This document shows positions 37,720 to 50,840 of a stretch of 64,000 nucleotides of DNA, piece after piece. The notes under the pieces are model-generated. The model searched no databases. It was not told where the DNA came from and was given only the letters and a program-made list of their open reading frames with translations. The stretch is from assembly GCF_006345805.1 (NCBI RefSeq), contig NC_042999.1, positions 60,016,001 through 60,080,000 of the forward strand. Direction: 5' to 3'. The position numbers and the translations under genes were made by a program. The DNA is from Octopus sinensis (Eukaryota). The number at the start of each line of letters is the position of its first letter. The stretch's first letter is position 1.

Positions 37720-38190
37720 TGCACCCATGGACTAACGGTGTATCTAGCCGTCGAAGATACGAACCAATTATTTGACCCAACGGAGTCATTAGCATGCTAC
37801 CATTCTGCATATCACCTTTTGGACTGGAATGGAGGATTAACGAACAAAATTCCCTTTCTGGTTATTAACGTCCATACGTACAACAATAACATTCATATCT
37901 CAATTGTTTCCGTTACACCTACGAACAAATGCATTTACCTTAATGCAAATAGTTAATGTCCCCTTGTGCACAAACTTTCATTCATAAAACCACTCTGGCA
38001 CAGAGCACAAATAATGTTATAACCTGTAACTATTCTATACTGAAATTTCCAGAATTAAGCAAAATATTGTCATTAATGGATATAGCAATAAATTGGAATA
38101 TTGCATCGTTGCCTAATTTAAGCAACAGCAGACGGAAATCACAAATTCTCATCGACAAAATTGCAAAACTCATACACATGAATTATTTTA
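37720..38190 (+). pseudogene. Penelope-like element RT C-terminal relic
   Basis: KIPFLVINVH...TPTNKCIYLNANS*CP and, in another frame, EISRIKQNIVINGYSN, matching PLE motifs LPFLD..KPT..YLN..S.HP and EI.RIKQ.L.NNGY. Confidence 0.7.
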
Positions 38191-38324
38191 TCAAACCCGA
38201 AAAAGTGAAAGGTGAATTTGAACCCAGAACATAAATACGTACGAAATGCCGCTAAGCATTTTGCCTTGCTTCCGTTGTAGCTTTAAGTAGATATCAATGT
38301 TTTGTAAGTGGAAATTGCCTTCTT

Positions 38325-38984
<660 letters not shown>

Positions 38985-39000
38985 TAATAATAATAATGAT

Positions 39001-39063
<63 letters not shown>

Positions 39064-39069
39064 TATAAT

Positions 39070-39564
39070 AGAGCATAGACCGCAGAGATTGGTGAAGTTG
39101 GAGACTAGCAAAATCATCTGGGATTTTCCAATCCAAACAGATCAGGTGCTAGAGCATAACAGACGGGGCCTAGTGGTGGTAGGCAAGGTGCACCACATAT
39201 ACTACGTAGTTGATGTTGCAGGCTCATTTGACCCACAAATTGTCAAGAACGAAGGCGAAAAGATAGATAAATACAACCCTGTTAAGTACGAAATAGCCAA
39301 TGAAGAAGGTGAAGATAGTGCCAATTATTGTTGTGTCCTTGGGAACGGTATCAGAAGGCATCAAGAGGAATATAAAGGAAATTGGAATAGAGTGCCCAGT
39401 AGAATTGTTACAAAAGATTTGCCTCCTCAGCACGGCCAGAACAATCAGGAAAGTATTGGATAGCTGAAAAGAATGAATAGCATGGTACCGTAGCCTACAG
39501 GTAGTAAGCCCACTACGCATGCAAGACTCCAGGAGCTCCAACAAAGCCTGTGATAAAGAGAAAA

Positions 39565-39565
<1 letters not shown>
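39070..39565 (+). mobile_element. 3' fragment of a third RLE-LINE family
   Basis: IIWDFPIQTDQVLEHNR...VVDVA..FD...EKIDKY, then (frameshift) IVPII..LGTV...LLQKICLLSTARTIRKVLDS*; distinct 3'UTR; starts after (TAA)n and ends in (TAC)n(TAA)n. Confidence 0.85.
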
Positions 39566-39658
<93 letters not shown>

Positions 39659-39885
39659 GATAATAATCCTATCAGAAATAACAGGTAAGCAAAGGAACCC
39701 AAACACATGTCATTGTCAATGTTATACATATATTTCTTCGAACTGATTTCGATGTAGCTTCGAACGAAAGCCATTTCCGATTTCAAGTTATTTCCGAGTA
39801 ATCTGAAGTCGATTTTATATTAAGCACCAACTCTGGAGTCACTAGACTCTGGTTTCATATAACCTTACTGCTGCTGCTGCTGCTG

Positions 39886-39921
<36 letters not shown>

Positions 39922-39922
39922 T

Positions 39923-39960
<38 letters not shown>

Positions 39961-39964
39961 TCAT

Positions 39965-40032
<68 letters not shown>

Positions 40033-40529
40033 TTCCTTCTTCTTGGACAAAGATAAAAACGAGGCTCGCGTATATGTCACATTATTTTGTATTTCACTTA
40101 AATGAAAAAAAAAAAAAATAAATTGAGGGTTAGATTTATACACGGGGCAAAGCTGAAACTATGAAGGGAAAAAAATTTGTTCCAAGACATAAATCTAAAC
40201 AAGAGGTGCGTCTTATACACGAATAATTATAGTAAATGTTTTGGAAGAGATGCTGTCTGAAATTGCATAAAGTAAGATGATATTATTTTCCAACTACTAC
40301 CCAGGTGTAATTTTGAAATAGCTTAAATTCTATTGTCGCCACCATTAATCTGGGCATGATTTCAAGTTACTGGAACTTAATGTGAAGTGAGGGTAATCTG
40401 AATGAGCTACGCTCGTAGCTATAGAAGCAACCGGTGTCGAGGATAAATCGACAAAGCTTCTTTTTTTTAATCAACGCCATCAGAGCAAAGGTATTTGATG
40501 TGACGAGTGAAGAGGTTTCTAAATCTTCT

Positions 40530-41256
40530 CTGGTTTGGCTAGATAATGAGAAAGAATACAAACTAAGACTTTTTTTTTTGATTTGCCGTTCTGTTGGTAA
40601 ATCTATTCAGTCAAACCAATTTGATGGATTGGTGTGGTTAAATAGGAATAGAAAAAAGAAGAAAAAGAATAATAAAGACAAAGACTTCTTAGATTTAGAT
40701 TTCTGTTAGTAAATCTATTCAATCAATCTAGGGAGTTTGGGGTGCTCTTACTAGAATGCCGAAAGTCTGCATTAAGCATCCCTCTTTGGGCTATTCATTA
40801 CAAGAAATGTTCTGTTTTATGATATTCTTAAGCATATTTTCATTGAAATTCTAAAGAGAATATTTCCGGAATTGATTGAAGAATCCACTCAGAATTGAAT
40901 GGTAAATCCAAAGCGTTTTTCTTTATATTTTCTCACCATCTAAGCAAACGAATTTGCAGAATTGGTTTAGCTGAATAGATTTAGCAATAGAATGGTAAAT
41001 AAAAAATAGAAAAAAAGTCTTTGTCTTTATTTTTCTCCATTTCCAGCCAATCCAGCAAATTGGTTTGGTTTGATAGAGAGAAAGAATAAAGACAACCTTT
41101 TGGGATTTACCATTCAATTCCAAGTGGAATCTTCAATCAATTCCCAAAAGTATTCTCATCAGAATTTCAATGAAAATATGCTTAAGTATATCATAAAACA
41201 GAACACGTCTTGTAATAAATGACTCAAAGAGGAATGCTTCATGCAAACTTTCGATG
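40530..41256. repeat. Foldback-like structure: about 160-bp inverted repeats plus about 90-bp subrepeats
   Basis: 40752-40912 is the reverse complement of 41099-41256 with scattered mismatches; the subrepeat occurs at about 40530, 40630, 40955 (inverted) and 41060 (partial). Confidence 0.75.
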
Positions 41257-41397
41257 TTGTTGAAAAAGCGGCTCAAACTCCATCACAACTTACTGTACCT
41301 TCTCAAAAACATAGAATATATGACAAAATTTAGTTCTATATACAGCATGTCTGAAACAAAATAGGGATCTTTACCTTTTGACCGACAGACTTAAAAG

Positions 41398-41900
41398 CCC
41401 AGTATACCCATCATGACTACCCGTCTGATAAGGGTACACCAAGCACATGCATCACAACCATATGTGCGCGACATGGTAATCTTATATCAAGATAAACAGC
41501 GTATGACCTTGCAGGTGGGGCCCAGTTAGAATTTTCTTCTGGTCGAGTAGCCCATCTGCTCAAAAGGTTCCTGAATAAGGGTTGTTTAAGGATGTTGAAC
41601 GAACCAACCATGTTTCCAAAGGTGAATTATCCAAACCTGTAAGAATTCTTTTCAACACACGGCTACGATGCTCCCCCACTACTTCTGCTCGTGATCAGAG
41701 ATGCACATATCGTCAGCCACTAAGGGACATGGTCAACTAGTTAAGGTCAAACAACTGACAAGCAAATCTGTGGTACTGAGCAGAATATTTGCTGTAGCCC
41801 ATCTTTTATACCAAGACAAAGCAATGTACATGATAACATTTCCAATCAGTTAAGATCAGAAGCCACGAGAGCCACTGTCTGGTACTGCATCAGAGCATTA
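41398..41900 (-). mobile_element. Family D element, copy 4 (3'-truncated)
   Basis: 5' end abuts (TAA)n at about 41900. Confidence 0.8.
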
Positions 41901-41912
41901 TTATTATTATTA

Positions 41913-42613
41913 CTAGCAGTATAGCCCGGCATTGCTCGGGATTAAGTTATGATTATTAAGCTAATCAAGATCTTTACTTCAAAGCAAACAAAGTAACATC
42001 GACGTCAAATTTGAGTGAAATCCGTTGAAATTGGTAAATTTTTGGCTGAAATTTTGCAGACAATTTGATTGGGAAATCCCATAAGGAATCGGTTTATCGA
42101 TTTTTTCCGCTCATCGATTGTTTTTTTTTTTTTCGTTTCTTGAGAACTTAAAGCATTCAAAGATCCCGTGAGTCCTAAGTAATACTGGCATCAAGTTTGA
42201 ACAAAATGCATCAAAATTGGTAGACGTTATGGTTGAAAAGAGTCAGATCTCTCCTTTCGAAAACATGGACAGTTTCGAAACATTGTTTACAAAATGCAAA
42301 TTTTTAAACACCCAGACGTAAGTTTTGTAAGTGAAATAAAGGCCTACCTTCTCCTACAGAGATGTAAGAGTCAGATCTCTCCTTTCGAAAACATGAACAG
42401 TTTCAAAACATTGTTTACAAAATAATAGCTGATCGTTTGCGAAGGAGCGTGTCTACAGTCAACATGTAGGTCTTTTGCACTGGTAACCTCTGCTCTCTCC
42501 CATGTTCACGCACGACCAGCTATATATCGATATGAGTAGAGCAACGGATTCAGCTGATTTGGAAATTAGTTGTGGAGAATCGGAGAATATCGTTTATATT
42601 GTGTGTGTATGTA

Positions 42614-42653
<40 letters not shown>

Positions 42654-42867
42654 GGGCAACACACCACACATTGCATACATGTGTTTTGTACGCGTACATG
42701 CTCGTGTGTGACTGAAGCCATTCACACATACATACATACATACATACATACATACATACATACATACATACATACATACATACATACTTACATACATAAC
42801 AACACCTATCTGTCTGTTTTTACCTGTCAATCACTGAGTAAAAAGACGAAATTTTAAAAATATGTTA

Positions 42868-42907
<40 letters not shown>

Positions 42908-43208
42908 TCCCTCCCGCTCTTTACACCGTCGCTAGAAGGGGACTTAACTCATGTTTGTAAACAATGGTTGATTTCTCTGCAGTGAAAATTGTTAAGTAAT
43001 GGTCGAAAATTTATTTTTACCGCTATTCGTTGGTGCCTCGGGGGAAAATAATTTGACGAAAATACAGCTAGGGTCGTGACGAATGTCGTCCTAAAATTGA
43101 AGCGACATGCGTGCTAATTTGTGGACGTGCATAAATCACATTCACATACACTCACACACACACACACACACACACACACATCTTGCCTTTTATATATATA
43201 TATACAGA
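41913..43208 (-). mobile_element. Complete 1.3-kb non-autonomous Helitron
   Basis: Minus strand A|TC...CCCGAGCAATGCCGGG...CTAG|T, inserted in (TAA)n without TSD. Confidence 0.8.
42435..42600 (+). pseudogene. Helitron/PIF1 helicase C-terminal relic
   Basis: QHVGLL...PMFTHDQLYIDMSRA...ENIVY resembles VG..L..PVFSHGQLYVALSRV...NIVY. Confidence 0.7.
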
Positions 43209-43819
43209 TTATTATTATTAGTAGTAGTAGTAGTAGTAGCAAAATAATGGATCAATCAAGCTCTCTACCCTCAAAATTATATTGAAGTTGCGAAGTAGAT
43301 AGGGAAACGCACTTTGCATTGTTAAGTAATACTCACTTTAAGGCTCCGAGTTCAAATCTTACCCATGTTGACCTTGTTTTTCTAAATATCCTGCTGGAGT
43401 TTATACTTAGTCAACTGGTTACCTAGTTAAGAAGCTCAGTTTGCAATCAGGTGGTTCCGAGTTCAGTCCCACTTCTCAGCACTTTAGGCAAGTGTCTTCT
43501 ACTATAACGCAGACCGTCCAATGTTTTGTGAGTGAATTTGGTCGACGGAAACTGTGTGGAAGCCCGTTGCATAAATATATATATATATATGTATGTATCT
43601 TTGTTCCTCACTTTAGCTTGATAACCGCTATAGGGTAGTTTACGTTTACGTAACTTAGCGGTTTGACAAACGACATCGATAGAAGTACCAGGCTTTAAAA
43701 AATGTAATAAGCAATGGGGTGGGGAGGGGATTTATTCGATTAAAAACTTTCAAGGAAGTGCCGCGATGGGCGCAAGATGGCCGCAAGATAGCCGCAAGCC
43801 ATCAGTAATATTGTTGCTA

Positions 43820-43833
43820 TTTTTTAATAGAAA

Positions 43834-43874
<41 letters not shown>

Positions 43875-44095
43875 TAGTAAAATGGTGGAGGTAGTGCTAC
43901 GGGTGGTTCTGGTAGTAGTAGTAGTAGTAGTGATGCTGGTGGTGCCAGTAGTTGTTGTAGCAGAAGTAGTAATAGCAACAACAGCAGTAGTAGTAGTAGT
44001 ACTAGTTGTAGTAGTAGTTTGCAAAAGTAGAAGTGATGGTGGTAGCAGTGCTGGTGATGGTGGTAGTGGTAGTGTTTGTAGTAGCAGTAGTTGAA
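43820..44095. repeat. (AGT)n/(GGT)n imperfect trinucleotide repeat
   Basis: Directly visible. Confidence 0.9.
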
Positions 44096-44113
44096 TCAAG
44101 TCTAAGTTTTTGT

Positions 44114-44151
<38 letters not shown>

Positions 44152-44696
44152 CCTTTCCACCCTCACCTACCTCCACCAACCAAGTAACTAAGTGACCAAA
44201 TAAGAAGTCAATAATTCCCCACCCCCCTATGTATAATGCAAAAAAAAAAGCAAAAATAAAAAACAAACAAAGAAAAGCAAAGAAAATTCTCTTGATAACA
44301 ACAATAGCAGCAATGATGATAAGGCTGACGACTGCGCCGAATACCGCTACGATAACCAGAGATGACGATTATCAGAAAAACAGAAAGACGGGACATTATT
44401 TTCTTTCTCTGTTCATGGCTCATTTAAAGCAATTCTTTTCCAGTGACTGCTATAAGTTTGGTGGCATTTTCGTCCCAATGTAAACATTAAAGCATAAATG
44501 CCAAATCTCTGTGGAGAAAGACTGTTAGAAGTGCAGCACAGCGTGCATAAATACAAAAAGTACGGCGCAGTATGAATACAAATGTGTACATCTGTCTGTG
44601 CTAGATACATCTGTAAGTAAGTAGTGTTTGTATGTATGTATGTATGTATGTATGTATGTTTGTATGCATGTATGTGTATGTATGTATATATATATA

Positions 44697-44770
<74 letters not shown>

Positions 44771-44838
44771 GTACATGCATTTAGATCTATCTATCTGTCT
44801 GTTCGTCTATCTATCTACCAATCTACCAATCTACCTGC

Positions 44839-44930
<92 letters not shown>

Positions 44931-44932
<2 letters not shown>

Positions 44933-45067
44933 TTTCTTCTTTTTTCCCTTTTACGATCCCTTTTGATCGAAAAACTACGCCACTTTTTTTTTCATACCCC
45001 AAAAGAAAAGCTCTACCTTGTAATTTGTCCCATCTGTATGCAGCCCTGTGTGGCCAATAAAGAAACT
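44931..45067 (+). mobile_element. Second copy of the Tx1 LINE 3' end (heavily 5'-truncated)
   Basis: Near-identical to about 17940-18097; (TATC)n on both sides. Confidence 0.9.
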
Positions 45068-45085
45068 TATCTATCTAACTGTCTG

Positions 45086-45197
<112 letters not shown>

Positions 45198-45429
45198 TCT
45201 ATCAATGTCTGCCTGTGTGTCCATCCATCGATCCATACATGCATCCATCCATCCATCCATCCATCCATACATCCATACATACATACATACATACATCCAT
45301 ACATCCATCCATACATCCATACATCCATACATACATACATACATACATACATACAAAAATACCCTGTTGTTGATGTTGAAACCGACGCTTTATCTATTGG
45401 CAAGAAATCTCGAAATAAAACTTTTCCAT

Positions 45430-45822
45430 TCCAGGCACAAGACCCGAAATTTTAAGGGAGGGGGCCAGTCGATTAGATCGACCCCAGTGCGCAACTGATA
45501 CTTAATTTATCGACCCCGAAGGACGAAAGGCACAGTCGACCGCGGCAGAATTTGAACTCAGAACGTAAAGACAGACGAAATACCGCTGAGCATTTCGCCC
45601 GGCGTGCTAACGTTTCTACAAGCTTGTCGCCTTAAATATATTCTTTTCTACTCTAGGCACATGGCCCGAAATTTTTCGCAACTGGTACTTAATTTATCGA
45701 CCCCGAAAGAATGAAAGGCAAAGTCGACCTCGACGGAATTTGAACTCAGAACGCAAAAACAGACAAAATACCGCTAAGCATTTCGCCGGCGTGCTAACGT
45801 TTCTGCCAGATCGCCGCCTTAA
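45430..45822 (-). mobile_element. Two adjacent SINE-A copies
   Basis: Match to SINE-A. Confidence 0.8.
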
Positions 45823-45861
45823 TCTTGAAATAAAACTGAATAATGACATACACTAACTACA

Positions 45862-46275
45862 CTACCAACTCCATGAGCACATACGCCAATTCTCTGAAAT
45901 AATATCCACCATCACATGAACCACAGAACCTATACGCCGAAAAACATCCGAAGCTACTGACCGATGCTACCACCACTGAATTGACCAAGAGAAGAAACGC
46001 CTCAAACTTAAATTCCAGTGGCTTTGTACCAAATACCGCCACAACTCGGCCTATTGCATCGACACAGATGAACAGGACACATCCACCGATCAAAATAACC
46101 CTAACATCGAGGACGCCAGCACACCACCATCTACGAAATCCCTAGTCACAGACTTGAGTTGATCACTCTCCCATGAAGAACTAGAACTTCTCAGTCTAGC
46201 CCCTAAATTTATCTTGAGTTAACAGCCGAACGAAAAAATCTTACTCGGCCTGGAAGCCAACAGTTGGTAGCCGAA
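45862..46275 (+). pseudogene. Penelope-like ORF N-terminal relic
   Basis: EKKRLKLKFQWL...LVTDLS*SLSHEELELLSLAPKF resembles the PLE pre-RT motif V.NLS...L...E..LL..G.KF. Confidence 0.55.
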
Positions 46276-46310
46276 CAGCCTACCAACTCAAATGCTATCG
46301 GTAATAATGA

Positions 46311-46730
46311 AGGCGACGAGCTGGCAGAAACGCTAGCACGCCAGGCGAAATGCTTAGCTGTATTTCGTCTGCCGCTACGTTCTGAGTTCAAATTCTCCCG
46401 AGGTCGACTTTGCGTTTCATCCTTTCGGGGTCGATTAAATAAGTACCAGTGAACCACTGGGGTCGATATAATCGACTTAATCCGTTTGTCTGTCCTTGTT
46501 TGTCTTCTCTGTGTTTAGCCCCTTGTGGGTAGTAAAGAAATAGGTATTTCGTCTGCCGTTACGTTCTGAGTTCAAATTCCCCCGAGGTCGACTTTGCCTT
46601 TCATCCTTTCGCGGTCGATTAAATAAGTACCAGTTACACACTGGGGTCGATGTAATCGACTTAATCCCTTTGTTTGTCCTTGTTTGTCCCCTCTAAGTTT
46701 AGCCCCTTGTGGGCAATAAATAAATAAATA
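46311..46730 (+). mobile_element. SINE-A dimer ending in Tx1-like tail + (TAAA)n
   Basis: Terminal ...AGCCCCTTGTGGGCAATAAATAAATAAAT. Confidence 0.88.
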
Positions 46731-47198
46731 AGAATGAAATATAGCTGTCCGCTCTCTTCCTCTTTGTGAACGTATACAGTGGAGTAGATCCGCATAGCCA
46801 TCAAGGGAATAAGACTTGGTAGTAGTACCGTATTTTCGCTAATTGTTCTGGGTGCCAGTACGATCACGGGCTTCTTTCTTTTGAACCAGAGGAGCATTGA
46901 TGTGACAGCTGTAGAGAGAGGGAGAACGAGGACTACAACAAGCACTCTCCCGGTTCAGGTATCGAATCTACGATCGTCAGGTCAATAACTTAACCCCTAG
47001 GCCACGTCTTCATTGCCTTCATGTAAATATTTAGCAATAATTTTAGTCATCAGAATATGTCTCGCAAGTCCGATAACTCGATACTCAGTGCGTAAATATC
47101 TAATCAAGTGATAAAACATCTACAAGTAGATACGATTCCCTTCACTGTTTCATTGTTCTTCCATGGATCTTGCATATAATAAAACTAACAAAATCTGT

Positions 47199-47410
47199 TC
47201 TATATTTAAGAGATGAGGAATTCTGTACATTATTTACATTATTTACATTATTTACATTCGACGGATATTTGTCCGCATCTTGCTTATTGTTAACACAACA
47301 ACTAGGAATTTCTGCAAGACACCTGAAGAAGGCTGGAGGGTTGTTAACAACAAACAAGATGTGGACAAATATCCGTCGAATGTACATAATGTAAATAATG
47401 TAAATAATGT
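47199..47410. mobile_element. Penelope-like palindromic insertion with 12-bp TSD
   Basis: AACAAAATCTGT at 47187-47198 and 47411-47422; inverted arms around CACCTGAAGAAGGCTGGAGGG. Confidence 0.75.
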
Positions 47411-49702
47411 AACAAAATCTGTATCATAATTTATCATTGAATTCAAGGATGTTACAAGCAGCTAAATGAAATATTAGTAAATTACAAACAGACGACGGAG
47501 ATCCAACACGGTTGTTTGATATGCTAGAAATAGCAGCCTAGTTTCTCTTAAATAACCTTATTCCTTCTTTAAAACAGGAAGATGTAGTTCCAGATATCAT
47601 ATCATCGGTTCAAAATTTGCTTGAGTTAATTCGACTCGATCACGCCAGCTGTTATGAAACTACCTAGTTTTCGAAACGTTAGTCCGTCTTTTTAAAGAGT
47701 TGGCCGATTAAGTTTTTTTTAAGTCTGCCTGTAGATACCCGTGTTGGGATCAGGGCCGTCGTAACAGCAATACAGATCCCATTGTGAACAATGTACTGGG
47801 CTCCTTACGCAATCACAGTATAGTCTCTTGGACGAAATATAAAGCCAATGAAAATGTACTGCAACCAACAAATCCACTAAGATCGTTACTCTCAACTATT
47901 AAATAAAAAAAGCTGAAAATGGAAGCTAATGTATTTTGGTCTCAGAGCAGAAGGTATAAGAAAGCCTATTATTAGAAGGGAAAATAAATGACAAACGATC
48001 GAGAGGATCATCTAGAACAAACTGGTTTGTTAACCATCAAGGACTGGACTGTTTGACAATTTTCGTCGGTTACGACGCCGTGTGGGGTTCCAGTTGATCC
48101 GACCAACGGAACGGCCTGCTCGTGAAATTAACGTGCAAGTAGCTGAGCACAACAAACACTTATATCATTCATGTAGTTCTCAGGAATATCAGCGTGACCG
48201 AATGTGACAAGACTGGCTCTTTGAAATACAGATACAACACATTCTTGCCGGTTGAATGAACTACAGCAATGTGAAATAAAGCGTCTTGCTCAAGGATACA
48301 ACGCGCTGTCGGGAATCGAACACACAACCTTACGATCGTCAGTTGAATACCCCTATTCACAAAGCCACGTGCTCTCACAAGGACTAAACTAACATACGGG
48401 GAATGCGTAAGAACGGCAGAGAAAAAACTCGAACGGAAGGCCATGATATACAACATGCTGAAAAATGACACCTAATGATATTGATGATGGGCCTCTAGGC
48501 TCCCGAGGCTCAAGACAAGTACTCTGTACCTTAAAACAATCGTGAACGGAATATCCTCGGGAGTTTGTCACTAATGGATTCTTGCATAGATTTCCTGTAA
48601 TGTCTTGTAAAACGTTTTTCAGACAAGCATATACTTCTGAGCATAAGATTGGATAGTCAAAGTTGGAACGTCTTTAAGCATAAGTTTCCTGTATCAGGTT
48701 CAGCATAGAACTAAAGAATAACAAAATAATTAATAAATTAATCATTGTAATCTGATTGGATTCCTTTGTAATTGATAAAACCAATCGGGGGTTTTTATCG
48801 CTTTTCAAGTAACCCGAGATATTTGAATCCTAGAAAAATGATTTTACAGGAGAAATAGGGCTTCAAAAATAACAGAAGTGAACTTAATTAGAAACGGTTT
48901 CAATTTAGATAACGAGATTTTATCACGTGAAATCAACCCGCAATTCCTATACTCCTACTCAATAAAAAATACAGAAAAAAGGGGAATTTAAACGGGCTTG
49001 AAAGGGATTTGTGTATGTAGAGTTAAAAAGACTCAAGCGGCATTATCAAAAGGCAGAAATCTCTGATTTGATCAGGATTATCAAACGGTGGAAATCCTTA
49101 ACTGATCATCATTCATTTAAAATCTTCATCTCGTGGTTTTTAGGTCTGACGATCACATTAAAATTTCAACTTAATAGGAAGGACATTAAATTTGGGGGAA
49201 GGATTTTAACCAAATTTTAAATCTTTTAAGTCAGAATGATTTGTGTATGAACTAGCAGTGATAGGGAGGAGAGGGGAGAGAGAAAGTAGAAGAGAGAGAA
49301 AGAAACAAAGAGAGGAATAAGAGATCAAATGGGGGTGGGGGATGGAGAGAGGAAGAATGAAAGAGTGTGTGTGTGTGTGTGTGTGGCCGAGTTGTTAGTG
49401 AGTTTGTTTTACTATCAGGAGATTTGTAGGTCGATCCTACTGCGTAGGATCTTCAACTATAGAATCGAGTTAGCCTGAGTTGATGTGCAGAATATAGTAG
49501 CTCAACTGATGACCCATACATGTAATTCAAAAGAGCATGTTTGTAGCACACTGTGGCACACTGTGACACTCTGATGGTTGCATGTTAAGCGAAGACGTGC
49601 CTACGAGATACTCAACCACTTGCACACCAGTACGATGAATATGTAGCCCTGTTGATCGTACAGCTGAATACTCCTCGTTCACACAGATGGAATTAAGAGA
49701 AG

Positions 49703-49733
<31 letters not shown>

Positions 49734-49914
49734 TGTGTGTGTCTGTCTGTCTGTCTGTCTGTGTGTGTGTGCGTGTGTATGTGTGTGTATGAGCATGTTT
49801 GCTGCCGTGCGTGTGCAAGAGAAAAGCCATGAAGAATGAACAGAATATGAACTTACAAAATAAAATGGAAGTTGAAAGATGCAATTAAATGATCGTTCCT
49901 TCAAGGTTATTCTT

Positions 49915-50318
49915 GTTCTACTCTTCTACTTGTTTCAGTCATTTGACTGCGGCCATGCTGGAGCACCGCCTGTAGACGAGCAAATAGACCCCCAGGACTT
50001 ATTCTTTGTAAGCCTAGTACTTATATTATCGTTCTCTTTAGCCGAACCGCTAAGTTACAGGGACGTAAACACACCACTATCGGTTTTCAATCGATGTTTT
50101 TTTTGGGGGGGAGGCAAACACAGACACACAAGCATATACACACACATTCATGCATATGTACATATATACGACGGGCTTCTTTCAGTTTCCGTCTACCAAA
50201 TCCACTCACAAGGCTTTGGTCGGCCCAAGAAGACACTTGCCCAAGGTGCCACGCAGTGGGACTGAACCCGGAACCATGTGGCTGGTAAGCAAGCTACTTA
50301 CCACACAGCCACTCCTCT
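49915..50318 (-). mobile_element. SINE-B
   Basis: Full match; almost no internal microsatellite. Confidence 0.85.
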
Positions 50319-50840
50319 ACATATACACATATTCGATGGGCTACTTACACAGCCACTCCTGTGCCTATATATTTTTCTTTCGTATTTAGCTGATATTAAG
50401 ATACTTCTGTGTCTCGAAAAGACCCTCGTTATTTCCAAGAATAAGGCGGCGAAATGGCAAAACCGTTTACACGCCAGACATAATGCTTAGCCGCATTTCG
50501 TCGGTCTCTACGCTCTGAATTTCAAATCCCGGCAAAGTCAACTTGTCCTTTCATCCTTCCGAGGTCAATGATGAATTCAATATCAGTCAAGCATTGGGGT
50601 CGACATAATCGATTAGCCCCACCCTAAAAAAATTACAGGCTTTGTACTTTTAGTAGAAAGCATTATAGCCCGGAATGGGAATTATTCCTGTGTTCTAGTA
50701 TTGGCAATGAGCTCAAGAATCCTGCTTCGCAACCATGTAGTTTGGGGGTTCAGTCTAATCCCATTCCACGGTACCATGTTTATGCGTCTTCTACTATAGC
50801 TTTGGGCCGACTAATGACTTGTGAGTCAATTTAGTAGACA

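Noticed and set aside
41840-41900. U2 snRNA resemblance in the family D 5' end (TGCAGTACC; CTGATCTTAACTGAT) and at about 56245 (CTTTTGCTTAAGATCAA)
   Set aside because: Matches are short, and those in family D are in mixed orientations; consistent with chance.
48590-49220. Unique segment with CCAAT-like and CACGTG motifs as a promoter
   Set aside because: Such short motifs are expected by chance; no linked exon or other support.
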